34,563 bases of DNA from Patescibacteria group bacterium (GTDB taxonomy: Bacteria > Patescibacteriota > Microgenomatia > UBA8517), in NCBI GenBank assembly GCA_018826545.1, contig JAHKAL010000050.1, positions 1 through 34,563 on the forward strand. Reading direction: 5' to 3'. How positions within the stretch are numbered: position 1 is the first letter of the stretch; each line of letters opens with the position of its first letter. Under the pieces are notes generated by a model. That model was given only the letters and a program-made list of their open reading frames with translations, was not told the DNA's origin and made no database searches. Made by a program: the position numbers and the translations under genes. Positions 15,990 through 24,875 of the stretch are shown in pieces.

Positions 15990-16097
15990 ATGATGCTAAC
16001 TAAAAAACAAAGAAAGATAGTGACAATAATAATGGCAATCGCGTCATTTGCTTTAATTGTTTCATCTTTCCTTCCATTTATACTTGCCCTTAGATAA
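15990..16097 (+). CDS. Possible 35-aa single-pass membrane peptide
   Basis: The ATG ORF MMLTKKQRKIVTIIMAIASFALIVSSFLPFILALR fills the tyrS-recG gap. It has a basic N-terminus followed by one hydrophobic helix. There is no homology evidence. Confidence 0.25.
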   Translation: MMLTKKQRKIVTIIMAIASFALIVSSFLPFILALR

Positions 16098-16108
16098 TCT
16101 AAATAATT

Positions 16109-18133
16109 ATGAAACTAAGTTCACCTGTATCTGAACTTTCATTAGTAGGCTCTTACTATCAAAAAAAACTTTCAAAACTTGGCATAGTCACTGCATTAGA
16201 TTTAATTAACCATATTCCACATAGATATATTGACTTTAGCCAAACTTTTTTTATATCAAAAGTTAAAGTTGGAGATATCCTCACAGTAAAAGGAAAAGTG
16301 AAATCTGTTAAAAACCAATATACAAGAACAGTCAGAAAAATTCAGGTCGCAGAAATAGAAGATAGTACTGGCAGTATTTCAGCTGTCTGGTTTAACCAAC
16401 CATATTTAATAAATACTTTAAATAAAGGTGACACTGTTTCTTTATCCGGTAAAATCGATTGGTTTGGAAGAAAGGTAGCATTTATAAGCCCGGAATATGA
16501 AAAAAATGTAACAGGAAAGATTGGTCTTCATACAGGAAGACTAGTTCCAATTTACCCTGAAACATCAGGCCTTTCTTCTAAGTGGTTAAGGGGAAGAATG
16601 AAAGAAGCAATAATCCAAACTTCCAATGAAATTGAAGAGATTTTACCGAATGAAGTACTTAAAAAATATGATTTAGTTGAACTTAAAGATTCATATTATT
16701 TCGTTCATTTCCCAGAAAACTTCAAACAAGCTGAAGACGGTAGAAAGAGACTCGCTTTTGATGAACTTTTATATCTACACATTGCAAGTCTTAAAAGAAA
16801 ATTAGCTTGGCAAAAAAACGACTCTACTTTTGATTTAAAAATCGATAAAAAAGCTGTTCATACTTTTATCAAAAATCTTAGTTTTAAACTTACAAATTCC
16901 CAAGAAAAAATAGTAGATGAAATATTTTCTGATTTTTCCAAAAAATATCCTATGAATAGATTATTAGAAGGTGATGTGGGATCAGGAAAAACTGTTGTTG
17001 CAGCAATTGGAGCATTTATATCTTTCATAAATGGTTATCAAACTGTTTTTATGGCTCCAACACAAATACTGGCTCAACAACATTACAATACTCTAAAAGA
17101 GCTATTTGATCCCTATAAAGCAAGAATTTCACTTTTAACTTCGGGGCAAGTTAAAAAAGATTTAGGTAAAGAAGATATTTTTGTAGGTACTCATTCCTTA
17201 ATTAACAAAAATGCTCTTTTTGATAAAGTTTCATTGGTAGTTATTGATGAACAACAAAAATTTGGTGTTAATCAAAGAGAAAAACTTGTTAAAAAAGCTA
17301 GAAACAAAAAAATAAGTCCACACGTACTAAATTTAACAGCTACACCAATTCCAAGAACAGTAGCTCTTACTCTATATGGAGACTTAGATCTTTCTATTTT
17401 AGATGAACTTCCACCGAAAAGATTACCAATAACAACCTGGCTGGTTCCTCCCACAAAAAGACAGGGAGCATATAAATGGATCCAAAAAAACATACAAGAT
17501 AATAAGATTCAGGTTTACATAGTTTGTCCTTTAATTGAGGAGAGTCAAAAAGAAACAATGCAAACAGTAAAATCTGCAAAATCAGAGTTTGAAAAGTTAA
17601 AAAAAGTATTTCCAAATCTTTCACTGGATCTTATGCATGGAAAACTAAAATCAAAAGAAAAAGAAAATATAATAGAAAGGTTTAAGAAAGGAAAAACAGA
17701 TATTTTAGTATCAACACCCGTGGTTGAAGTGGGAATTGATGTAGGTAACGCAACAATTATGGTAATTGAGGCTGCTGAGCGATTTGGACTATCATCACTT
17801 CATCAATTAAGAGGTAGGGTAGGCAGGGGCACAAAAAAATCATATTGTCTTTTATTTACTGAGAGCAAAAGTGAAAAAGTTGTAACTAGGCTTTCTGCTA
17901 TGCAGAAGAATTTGAATGGTTTTGAGCTTGCTGAACTCGATCTAAAACTAAGAGGCCCCGGAGAAGTATTTGGCATTAAACAACATGGTTTTCCAGAGCT
18001 TAAAATCGCTTCCTGGCAGGATATTGGGTTAATTAAAAAAACCAAAAAAGTAGCCTTAGATGTTATTAAAAGTCCTAAAAAATATAAAGAGCTTCTAAAA
18101 GAAATTAATACCAGAAATAAATTTACTAATTAA
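16109..18133 (+). CDS. recG: ATP-dependent DNA helicase RecG
   Basis: N-terminal wedge/OB region, Walker A GDVGSGKT, motif II DEQQKFGV, motif VI HQLRGRVGRG, and a RecG-typical length of 674 aa. Confidence 0.9.
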   Translation: MKLSSPVSELSLVGSYYQKKLSKLGIVTALDLINHIPHRYIDFSQTFFISKVKVGDILTVKGKVKSVKNQYTRTVRKIQVAEIEDSTGSISAVWFNQPYLINTLNKGDTVSLSGKIDWFGRKVAFISPEYEKNVTGKIGLHTGRLVPIYPETSGLSSKWLRGRMKEAIIQTSNEIEEILPNEVLKKYDLVELKDSYYFVHFPENFKQAEDGRKRLAFDELLYLHIASLKRKLAWQKNDSTFDLKIDKKAVHTFIKNLSFKLTNSQEKIVDEIFSDFSKKYPMNRLLEGDVGSGKTVVAAIGAFISFINGYQTVFMAPTQILAQQHYNTLKELFDPYKARISLLTSGQVKKDLGKEDIFVGTHSLINKNALFDKVSLVVIDEQQKFGVNQREKLVKKARNKKISPHVLNLTATPIPRTVALTLYGDLDLSILDELPPKRLPITTWLVPPTKRQGAYKWIQKNIQDNKIQVYIVCPLIEESQKETMQTVKSAKSEFEKLKKVFPNLSLDLMHGKLKSKEKENIIERFKKGKTDILVSTPVVEVGIDVGNATIMVIEAAERFGLSSLHQLRGRVGRGTKKSYCLLFTESKSEKVVTRLSAMQKNLNGFELAELDLKLRGPGEVFGIKQHGFPELKIASWQDIGLIKKTKKVALDVIKSPKKYKELLKEINTRNKFTN

Positions 18134-18143
18134 AAACTTACTA

Positions 18144-18173
18144 TTGCCAATTTACCCTCAATTAGGTTAAAAT
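18144..18173 (+). promoter_or_regulatory. Candidate rpmF promoter
   Basis: TTGCCA (18144-18149), 18 nt spacer, TAAAAT (18168-18173). The ATG at 18181 follows 7 nt later without an SD. Confidence 0.35.
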
Positions 18174-18180
18174 TTGCTCT

Positions 18181-18336
18181 ATGACACCGTTACCTAAAAA
18201 GAAACATACAAGATCAAGGTCAGCGACCAGAAAAATAAGCCAAAGGTTGTCACTTGGCTCTTTAGTTAAATGCCCAAATTGCAGTAAACTTAAATGGCCC
18301 CATAAGGCTTGTCCTTCTTGCGGCAAGTACAAATGA
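18181..18336 (+). CDS. rpmF: 50S ribosomal protein L32
   Basis: This 51-aa ORF is missing from the track because it is below the length cutoff. [51 protein letters not shown] has a basic N-terminus and the CxxC...CxxC zinc ribbon typical of L32. Confidence 0.85.
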   Translation: MTPLPKKKHTRSRSATRKISQRLSLGSLVKCPNCSKLKWPHKACPSCGKYK

Positions 18337-18692
18337 AAACTTCTCAAGATCCTAGACATAAAAAAAGACGAGAAATTGTAAAAACACTTTTTGCGGAAAC
18401 TTTTACTAAACAACCTATCAAAAATGAGGAAGTAAAAAAAATAATAAAAAACTTGAAAAAAATAGATAAACAAATTGAAAAATCAGCTCCACAATGGCCA
18501 GTTAATAAACTTAATAGAATTGATTTAGCAGTTTTAAGGCTAGCTGTATATGAACTTAATAAAGGTGACAATCCCCCTAAGGTAATAATTGATGAAGCGG
18601 TTGAACTGGCAAAAGAATATGGAAGTGAAAATTCAGGCTCGTTTATTAACGGTGTTTTAGGTACTATATTTAAGAAAGAAAAAAATGAATAA
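18333..18692 (+). CDS. nusB: Transcription antitermination factor NusB
   Basis: [28 protein letters not shown] and [25 protein letters not shown] are NusB-like. ATG 18333 overlaps the rpmF stop (ATGA) and is preferred over the track's earlier start at 18309. Confidence 0.85.
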   Translation: MKTSQDPRHKKRREIVKTLFAETFTKQPIKNEEVKKIIKNLKKIDKQIEKSAPQWPVNKLNRIDLAVLRLAVYELNKGDNPPKVIIDEAVELAKEYGSENSGSFINGVLGTIFKKEKNE

Positions 18693-18936
18693 TACAGAAC
18701 AAAAAATAAAAAACTTAGTAATTGGTAAACTTGCGGAGCATATCGGAGTTGAAACTGAGGACATTAATTTGCAAGATTCCTTAGTAGAAGATCTTCATCT
18801 TAATATTGCAGAAATTAGCGATTTATTACAAGAACTGTCCGAAGAGGGAATTGAAATAGAAGAAACAAATCTTAAAAGTATCGAGACTGTTTCAGATCTA
18901 ATTGATTATATATTGTCTCAACCTGGAATTATTTAA
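18685..18936 (+). CDS. Acyl carrier protein-like small acidic protein (canonical DSL site not evident)
   Basis: It is 83 aa and acidic. [23 protein letters not shown] aligns to ACP [22 protein letters not shown]. It sits immediately upstream of rnc, as acpA does in Bacillus-type operons. Confidence 0.55.
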   Translation: MNNTEQKIKNLVIGKLAEHIGVETEDINLQDSLVEDLHLNIAEISDLLQELSEEGIEIEETNLKSIETVSDLIDYILSQPGII

Positions 18937-18941
18937 ATACA

Positions 18942-19607
18942 ATGACTGACATTTCTGAATTAAAACCAATTTTTAAAAACCAAGATCTTTTAACACAAGC
19001 TCTGACTCACAAGTCTTGGGTAAATGAACATAAAAATCAAAGAGAATCCAATGAAAGATTAGAATTTTTAGGAGATGCTGTTTTGGAATTTATTGTTTCC
19101 AAAGAGATTTACGAAAGACATCCTGACAAAGAAGAAGGATTTTTAACTGCCCTAAGAGCAAATCTTGTTAATACACAAAACTTAGCCAATATTGCTAAAA
19201 AATTAAATGTGGGAAAAGTTATTTTTCTAGCTAAGGGTGAGGAAGATGGCGGAGGAAGAGAAAACTCTTCACTTTTGGCAGATACGGTCGAAGCTATAAT
19301 TGGAGCACTTTTTTTGGATCAAGGAGTTAAACCTGTTTATGAATTCATTAAAGAACACATTATTGCAGAAATTCCAGAAAAACTTTCAAAACCCCTAAAA
19401 GATGCAAAAAGCAGACTTCAGGAGTATATTCAATCACAAAAATTGCCAACACCAAAATACAAAGTTATAGAAGAATCGGGACCTGACCATAATAAAAAAT
19501 TTATTGTGGAAGTATCTGTAAAAGGTAGACACTTGGGCCAAGGAGAAGGAAAAAGCAAAAGTACAGCAGAACAAAAAGCTGCTGATAATGCTCTTTCACG
19601 CTTGTAA
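18942..19607 (+). CDS. rnc: Ribonuclease III
   Basis: It carries the RNase III signature ERLEFLGDAVLEF, a catalytic region with DTVEAIIGALFLD, and a C-terminal dsRBD. Confidence 0.95.
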   Translation: MTDISELKPIFKNQDLLTQALTHKSWVNEHKNQRESNERLEFLGDAVLEFIVSKEIYERHPDKEEGFLTALRANLVNTQNLANIAKKLNVGKVIFLAKGEEDGGGRENSSLLADTVEAIIGALFLDQGVKPVYEFIKEHIIAEIPEKLSKPLKDAKSRLQEYIQSQKLPTPKYKVIEESGPDHNKKFIVEVSVKGRHLGQGEGKSKSTAEQKAADNALSRL

Positions 19608-19630
19608 AAGTAATTAAATTGCACTAAAAT
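19602..19630 (+). promoter_or_regulatory. Candidate rpsP promoter
   Basis: TTGTAA (19602-19607, overlapping the rnc stop), 17 nt spacer, TAAAAT (19625-19630). The ATG at 19639 follows 8 nt later without an SD. Confidence 0.4.
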
Positions 19631-19638
19631 TTACGACT

Positions 19639-19860
19639 ATGGTAATCATTAGACTAGAAAGAAAGGGAAAAAGAAATCACCCATTTTATAGAATAGTTGC
19701 AACCGACAAAAGAAAAAAAATCGGTGGACGTTCACTGGAAAATTTGGGTTTCTGGGATCCACATACAAATGAAATCAGTATTAAGAAAGATTTGGTTAAA
19801 AAATGGGTTGGAAAAGGTGCAAAAATTTCAGAAGCGGTTAAAAAATTAATGGAAAAATAA
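19639..19860 (+). CDS. rpsP: 30S ribosomal protein S16
   Basis: MVIIRLERKGKRNHPFYRIVATDKRKKIGGRSLENLGFWDP is canonical S16. Confidence 0.95.
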   Translation: MVIIRLERKGKRNHPFYRIVATDKRKKIGGRSLENLGFWDPHTNEISIKKDLVKKWVGKGAKISEAVKKLMEK

Positions 19861-19861
19861 T

Positions 19862-20107
19862 ATGAAAGAACTTCTTGAATATATTCTAAAAGAAATAACA
19901 AACAGCGATTCTGTTCAGGCAACCGAAGATATAGATGAGAATTTTTCAAAATTAACTATCTTTTCTCCCAAAGAGTTTATGGGAATTATTATTGGAAAAG
20001 AAGGAAGAATAATTAAAGCCATAAGAAACTTACTCAAAGTAAGAGCAACCTTAGAAAAAAAGGGTGTTAATGTCTCCATTGAAGAAAAAGAAGTAGTTAC
20101 TCTTTAA
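19862..20107 (+). CDS. KH-domain RNA-binding protein (UPF0109/YlqC-like)
   Basis: GIIIGKEGRIIKAIRNLLKV is a KH GxxG-type motif. The gene sits in the conserved position after rpsP. Confidence 0.8.
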   Translation: MKELLEYILKEITNSDSVQATEDIDENFSKLTIFSPKEFMGIIIGKEGRIIKAIRNLLKVRATLEKKGVNVSIEEKEVVTL

Positions 20108-20110
20108 TTT

Positions 20111-20806
20111 TTATTCAAAAGGATTTATCCTTTCGCTAGGTACTGAAGGATAAATTGTTGAAAAAGGAGGTAGAGTTAATTCGGATATTTTAGTTATCAT
20201 ATTAAGCTCCTCTTCAGTAAAATCACTTAAGGGTTGAGTTATCGCAGGAATTTTAGTAGGGTAGGGAGCCCAATAACTTCTCAGAGTTACTGATGCTCTG
20301 TACATTCCTGATGACTGATTAAGTTCAAGTTTCTCACAACTTACAATTGGCGCAAAATTTTCTATGACTTTAAAAAAAGAAATAATATTTTCCAAACTTC
20401 CATTCAAGTCAAAATTCAAGTCAACCCTAGAATATGTTTTCCCTTTGGACTCGGAACCCCCTTTAAGATTTTCTACATATAGACCGCTAAAGGAAGATTG
20501 GTTTTTAATTTGATAAATTACTGAAAGAGCGGGATTAGTGTCAGGAAGGGCAAGTGAAAAAAATTGTATATCATCTGACAGAGTTTGTGAAACTACAGAT
20601 AAAGTTTCTTTCTTTTTTTGAAGAATTGATATAGTTTTTCCAATATCTTTTATTTGTTTTCTTTGTTCGGTAATTTTATTAAAACCAATTTTACTAGTAA
20701 ATAAAAAACAAAAGACAATTCCAATAAGAGATAAAAGTGGTATACCCAATCTTTTTAAATTTGGCGATATTACTTTAAAAGTTGCTATTTTCCCCTGTTT
20801 TTTCAT
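20111..20806 (-). CDS. pilO: PilO-like type IV pilus alignment protein
   Basis: It lies directly downstream of pilN. It has an N-terminal TM helix, a coiled-coil segment and an alpha/beta C-terminal domain. The assignment rests on position and topology. Confidence 0.55.
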   Translation of the reverse strand: MKKQGKIATFKVISPNLKRLGIPLLSLIGIVFCFLFTSKIGFNKITEQRKQIKDIGKTISILQKKKETLSVVSQTLSDDIQFFSLALPDTNPALSVIYQIKNQSSFSGLYVENLKGGSESKGKTYSRVDLNFDLNGSLENIISFFKVIENFAPIVSCEKLELNQSSGMYRASVTLRSYWAPYPTKIPAITQPLSDFTEEELNMITKISELTLPPFSTIYPSVPSERINPFE

Positions 20807-20808
20807 AT

Positions 20809-21339
20809 TTAGTCTACATATCCTTCAAAAGTAATCCTAAATCCATAGTTAGGATTAAAAGAAAAATTTTTAAGTCTTATGGTCTTATAGATATCCGAAG
20901 AAACAAGATAGACCATAAATTTAGAAACAGATAAAGAGGAGTAAGCTTCTGTGGTAACTTCACTTTTTGCTGAAGAAATTTTAGCATCTTTAATTAAAAC
21001 TCCTTCGGATAAATTTATACTAAGTTCTTCAAAACTCTCAAGTGGTTTTTTAATACCTTGCAGTTTCCAAATATCTTTAATCTTGGCCATTCTATCTTTG
21101 GCAAGAATAACTTGCTGCTCCGTCTTTTGATATTCATTTATTTCCTTGGAAAGGATATCCTTTTGGGTATTTAAAGTTTTGATCTTTGAATTATCAATAA
21201 TAAAAATGCCCAAGAAAGTTAAAATAGAGATTAAAAAAACAGCAACTACAACATATAAAACTTTAGTCAAAATATTAACCAGTCTTAAAAGGGATTTTTT
21301 AGGAGATAAATCAGGGGGTAAAAGATTAATTTTTGGCAT
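20809..21339 (-). CDS. pilN: PilN-like type IV pilus alignment protein
   Basis: It begins with the N-terminal INLLP motif (MPKINLLPPDL). A single TM helix and coiled coil follow. It lies after pilM. Confidence 0.7.
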   Translation of the reverse strand: MPKINLLPPDLSPKKSLLRLVNILTKVLYVVVAVFLISILTFLGIFIIDNSKIKTLNTQKDILSKEINEYQKTEQQVILAKDRMAKIKDIWKLQGIKKPLESFEELSINLSEGVLIKDAKISSAKSEVTTEAYSSLSVSKFMVYLVSSDIYKTIRLKNFSFNPNYGFRITFEGYVD

Positions 21340-21351
21340 ATAAAATTTTTA

Positions 21352-22368
21352 TTAAATATCCGTCATAGCTAAACCAACAGCAATTGAATATAAAGGAGCA
21401 TATGGTGCAACTACTTTAGAAACCTCGGGAGTTAGACTAACTCTGGAAAAAGGATTTCCAACAACTATTTCCAAACCTAATGCCTTACTTAAATAAGAAA
21501 CAGCTTCAGGTAGCCCCGAAGATCCACCAGAAAGAATAACAGCCGAAGGAGCATCTCCTTTTTCTTCGGTTTGATAATAATAAATTGCTTTCTTAATTTC
21601 ATCAGAAACCAAACGAACAATAGGATCAAGTGCACCTTTTATTTTTCCTTCAAGTTGTGAAGAAGAAAGTCCATAAGCTTTTTTATATTCTTCCGCCTGC
21701 TGAGGGGTAACATTAAGATTTTGGGCAACAGCTCGAGTAAAAGCATTTCCCGCAGTGGGAATTGAACGAGAAAAAGAAAGAATCCCTTTATCACAAATGG
21801 CTATGTCGGTGGAGCTTGCACCAAAATCAATAATTAAAGAAACTCTATCTTTTGGTGCTAAAACTCTACTTAAAGCTAAAAGTTCTGTCTCTGCTTTAAT
21901 AGTATTTAAGCCCGCACTTTGAAGAAGTTTTACATAAATCTCAACCAAGTTCCTAGAAACTGCAACAAGTAAAACCTTTACACCAGAACCAACTTCTCTT
22001 TCATTTCTCGAAATTATCTGATGTTGAATTATTGCTTCAGAAATTGGAATCGGAATATATTGTTCTGCTTCCCATTTGATTGCTGATGCAATCTCTTGAT
22101 CTGTAAGGAGAGGAAACTTAATTATTCTTGTAAATACTTTTTCCTCAGGAATTGCAATAGTAACATCTTTTGAAGAAATTTGAGCCTCTTTGTGGAGTTT
22201 TTTTATAACTTGAGCTAAATCACCAAGTTCTTTTTCCTCCTTAAATCTATCTGGAGAAGCACCCTTAAAACCAATAATACCAGAACCGCTAAGCTTGAAA
22301 GAATTTCCTTCTTTTTTAAGCTCAACAATTTTAATTGTTTTAGATCCTATATCAAGTCCAACACCCAT
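21352..22368 (-). CDS. pilM: PilM, actin-like type IV pilus assembly ATPase-fold protein
   Basis: Motifs include GLDIGSKTIKIVEL at the N-terminus, DFGASSTDIA and ILSGGSSGLPE. The length of 338 aa is typical of PilM. Confidence 0.85.
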   Translation of the reverse strand: MGVGLDIGSKTIKIVELKKEGNSFKLSGSGIIGFKGASPDRFKEEKELGDLAQVIKKLHKEAQISSKDVTIAIPEEKVFTRIIKFPLLTDQEIASAIKWEAEQYIPIPISEAIIQHQIISRNEREVGSGVKVLLVAVSRNLVEIYVKLLQSAGLNTIKAETELLALSRVLAPKDRVSLIIDFGASSTDIAICDKGILSFSRSIPTAGNAFTRAVAQNLNVTPQQAEEYKKAYGLSSSQLEGKIKGALDPIVRLVSDEIKKAIYYYQTEEKGDAPSAVILSGGSSGLPEAVSYLSKALGLEIVVGNPFSRVSLTPEVSKVVAPYAPLYSIAVGLAMTDI

Positions 22369-22399
22369 AGGCAGATTAAATTAATTATAGCTGAATTTT

Positions 22400-22428
22400 A
22401 GTTTAATATCATGAAAGATTCTGGTCAA
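22400..22428 (-). promoter_or_regulatory. Candidate internal promoter for pilMNO
   Basis: On the minus strand: TTGACC (22428-22423), 17 nt spacer, TAAACT (22405-22400). It lies in the 106-nt gap upstream of pilM. Confidence 0.3.
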
Positions 22429-22474
22429 TGGAGAGAAAAACTAATCAAGATTTACTTCTGTAAAACAAGCCTCA

Positions 22475-23368
22475 TTACTTAACCACTTCATTCAAACTAA
22501 ATATTGCGGACTCAAAAATTGGTGGAATTTTTGCATAAGGTTCAAACACTTTAATTTTTCTATTTGCATCCCCAGAAGAACCAAAAGAATCTATTAAATT
22601 TCCTTGGGAAGGTAAAACCTTATTACCAGGATAGTTGGCAAATATACCAATAGAATTAGCCTCAGAAGTATTATAAATTGAACGAATATTCATAAATTGA
22701 AGACCATTTTGCTGACTGTAAACATTTGCTGGAATACCTAAATCATTAAAAACTAATATCTTTTGAAATTGATAATTTTCTCCTGCTATGTTGCAAGTTC
22801 CAGGATCAGGTTCACTGAAAGAATTAGATAACCTTCTACTGGAATTTGGATCCACCGCCTCACGAGCAATTGTTGTTGTTGAATAATCACCAACTACCGA
22901 AGTGTAAAAAATACTAAGTTCAAGAGCTGGAGTTTGTCCAGAATCCAAAGCACTACCTTCTTTGCCCCAACAAATCTTAATTGTGTTTCCTGTAAAACAA
23001 GGTTTTTCCTCTGAACATATAAAACCATTATTCTCATCATGGACAACAAACCAAATTGTTATAGATTCTCCTGAAAATAAAAAGGAAGGGTAATTAAATT
23101 CTTTTTCTCCTTCTGCTACAGCAGATACTCCTACATTATAGGAAGCATTTCCAATTTCGGTTGAACCGATACTGGATCCTATTATTAAGGCTTGTTCAAC
23201 TCCAGCCTCGGCTGCAGAAAAAGCTCTTAGCGAATCTTCATCTTGAGAAGAAACTGATACATCTGTTATTGACCGAGCCAATATTGAAAGAACTACTACC
23301 AAAACTACTGACATTGAAAGTAAAACTATTAGAAGAGCTTGTCCTTTCTGTAATTTCTTTTTATTCAT
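22475..23368 (-). CDS. PilX-N-like minor pilus protein with large C-terminal domain
   Basis: The N-terminus MNKKKLQKGQALLIVLLSMSVVLVVVL...AAEAGVEQAL resembles the PilX N-terminal domain (hydrophobic helix, no Glu5). It is 297 aa and is the last of the minor-pilin block. Confidence 0.5.
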   Translation of the reverse strand: MNKKKLQKGQALLIVLLSMSVVLVVVLSILARSITDVSVSSQDEDSLRAFSAAEAGVEQALIIGSSIGSTEIGNASYNVGVSAVAEGEKEFNYPSFLFSGESITIWFVVHDENNGFICSEEKPCFTGNTIKICWGKEGSALDSGQTPALELSIFYTSVVGDYSTTTIAREAVDPNSSRRLSNSFSEPDPGTCNIAGENYQFQKILVFNDLGIPANVYSQQNGLQFMNIRSIYNTSEANSIGIFANYPGNKVLPSQGNLIDSFGSSGDANRKIKVFEPYAKIPPIFESAIFSLNEVVK

Positions 23369-23416
23369 CTTAAATTAAGTGTAACAATTAATAATACTTC
23401 AAATCAATTTTTTAGT

Positions 23417-23917
23417 TTAATTATTTCTCAAATAGATTTTTGTAGTTGATGAAAACCTTCCTCTTTCAACTAGACTGGAATTTGTATCTTCTGCAACTAT
23501 AGTTATAGTAACTGAAGGAGAATTTCCGGATGTTCCTTCAATACATTCAAAAGAACAACCTGTAATATCAATCTCTTCTGTATTTAATCTCCCAGATCCT
23601 GAAGCTATATAACCTAAAACATCAGAACTCTCGCAACTAAAACTTCCTAAATTTCCATCCTCATCCATATATTCAATAAGTGAAGTATCTTCTGGATTTG
23701 GACAATTTGTAATAGATTGAGCACTTCTTAACTGCCTTTGAATTATTGAAAGAAAATAATTAACATTATCTCTTATTTTAATAGAGGAACTACTTTTGTT
23801 TGTGCTCCTAAGAGTCAAAAAAACTATACTCGTTACAAGAACCCCTAATATTGTAAACACTGTAATAGTGACTAAAATCTCAATTAAAGATAATCCTTTT
23901 TTATTTTTTTCTTTCAT
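23417..23917 (-). CDS. Minor pilin (PilW/GspJ-like), prepilin-type N-terminus
   Basis: The leader MKEKNKKG is followed by LSLIEILVTITVF, giving Gly-1, Glu+5 and a hydrophobic helix. Confidence 0.65.
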   Translation of the reverse strand: MKEKNKKGLSLIEILVTITVFTILGVLVTSIVFLTLRSTNKSSSSIKIRDNVNYFLSIIQRQLRSAQSITNCPNPEDTSLIEYMDEDGNLGSFSCESSDVLGYIASGSGRLNTEEIDITGCSFECIEGTSGNSPSVTITIVAEDTNSSLVERGRFSSTTKIYLRNN

Positions 23918-23920
23918 TAG

Positions 23921-24361
23921 TTAATGCCAATTAGTTAGGTAAGTCGACGAATTTATTTCATGATATCCACCTGCATCTATCCAATAAATTCTAACAGTAA
24001 CTTCAATAGTAGATTGATCAACCAAAGAAAAATCAACCTCCCTTTTTAAAAAAGTATCTGAAATATATTCTTCACTGTTACAATTTCTGCTATTTGCAGT
24101 ATCCCAATTAAGCTCAGGAAGACACCATGTCAAACTTTCTGCTCTTTGAGAAAAATCATCCCATGAATTATCTCTTTCACCCCTTAACCATTCAAGAGTT
24201 GTTTCAGAAAGCCTTGTTGAAAACGTTTGGTTTTTTGAAAAGGAACTATTAGTTATCGAAATGCTAGCAGCTGCAACAACTGTAACCATTATTAAAGTTA
24301 TAAGACCAAGTGCCAATACAACCTCCATAAGAGATTGACCTAAAATATTCCTTTTTTTCAT
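23921..24361 (-). CDS. Minor pilin (PilV-like), prepilin-type N-terminus
   Basis: The leader MKKRNILG is followed by QSLMEVVLALGLITLIMV, with Glu+5. A 4-nt ATGA overlap joins it to the upstream gene. Confidence 0.6.
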   Translation of the reverse strand: MKKRNILGQSLMEVVLALGLITLIMVTVVAAASISITNSSFSKNQTFSTRLSETTLEWLRGERDNSWDDFSQRAESLTWCLPELNWDTANSRNCNSEEYISDTFLKREVDFSLVDQSTIEVTVRIYWIDAGGYHEINSSTYLTNWH

Positions 24362-24834
24362 TTTATTTCTCCTGACTTAGTAATATATATAGAAGAAATA
24401 TTTCCAGTACTTTCTTGGATTATTTGAACTTCAATATCAGAAGATAAATTAGTACCTTTGCTTAGAACTTTAAAAAAAATAGAATTGTAAGAAACAAAAG
24501 ATAAATCATCTTGCACATCCACATCTTTTATTTCAACTGTTCCTCCAGAACATAGAGCTTCTACTTTATAACTTTGATTTGATATGATTTTAAAATTATA
24601 ACCACTTAAAGTATTAGGACTATCACAAAAGACATTGTTTGGTTTTTCACCAGATATAGACATTTCTCTTGCCAAAGATAAATCTCCTTTAACTTTTCTA
24701 GTAAATGAAACCAAAACTTGTCTTCTTGAGTACTTCCTAAAACTAGCATATCCAATGGAAAAAAGAATTGACATTATAATCATTCCTACAAGAAGCTCGA
24801 TTAATGTGTAACCTTTGTTTTGAAGTTCAGACAT
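24358..24834 (-). CDS. Minor pilin (FimT/GspH-like), prepilin-type N-terminus
   Basis: The leader MSELQNKG is followed by YTLIELLVGMIIMSILF. Confidence 0.65.
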   Translation of the reverse strand: MSELQNKGYTLIELLVGMIIMSILFSIGYASFRKYSRRQVLVSFTRKVKGDLSLAREMSISGEKPNNVFCDSPNTLSGYNFKIISNQSYKVEALCSGGTVEIKDVDVQDDLSFVSYNSIFFKVLSKGTNLSSDIEVQIIQESTGNISSIYITKSGEIK

Positions 24835-24875
24835 TACTTAAATATACAACATTAAAGATGCTTAAATATAAAAAC

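Noticed and set aside
17239-17262. RecG motif II reads DEQQ instead of the usual DEQH, which could indicate an inactive helicase
   Set aside because: All other helicase motifs (Walker A, motif VI) are intact. A single conservative deviation is not enough to call loss of function.
18162-18473. 103-aa minus-strand ORF from the track
   Set aside because: It is antisense to rpmF (18181-18336) and nusB, which have clear family signatures on the + strand. Its Phe/Tyr-rich low-complexity translation is typical of a shadow ORF in AT-rich DNA.
20108-20110. Bidirectional terminator expected between the convergent KH-protein gene and pilO
   Set aside because: The two stop codons are only 3 nt apart, and I could not find a convincing hairpin overlapping the gene ends. 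Termination signals, if any, must lie inside the coding regions.
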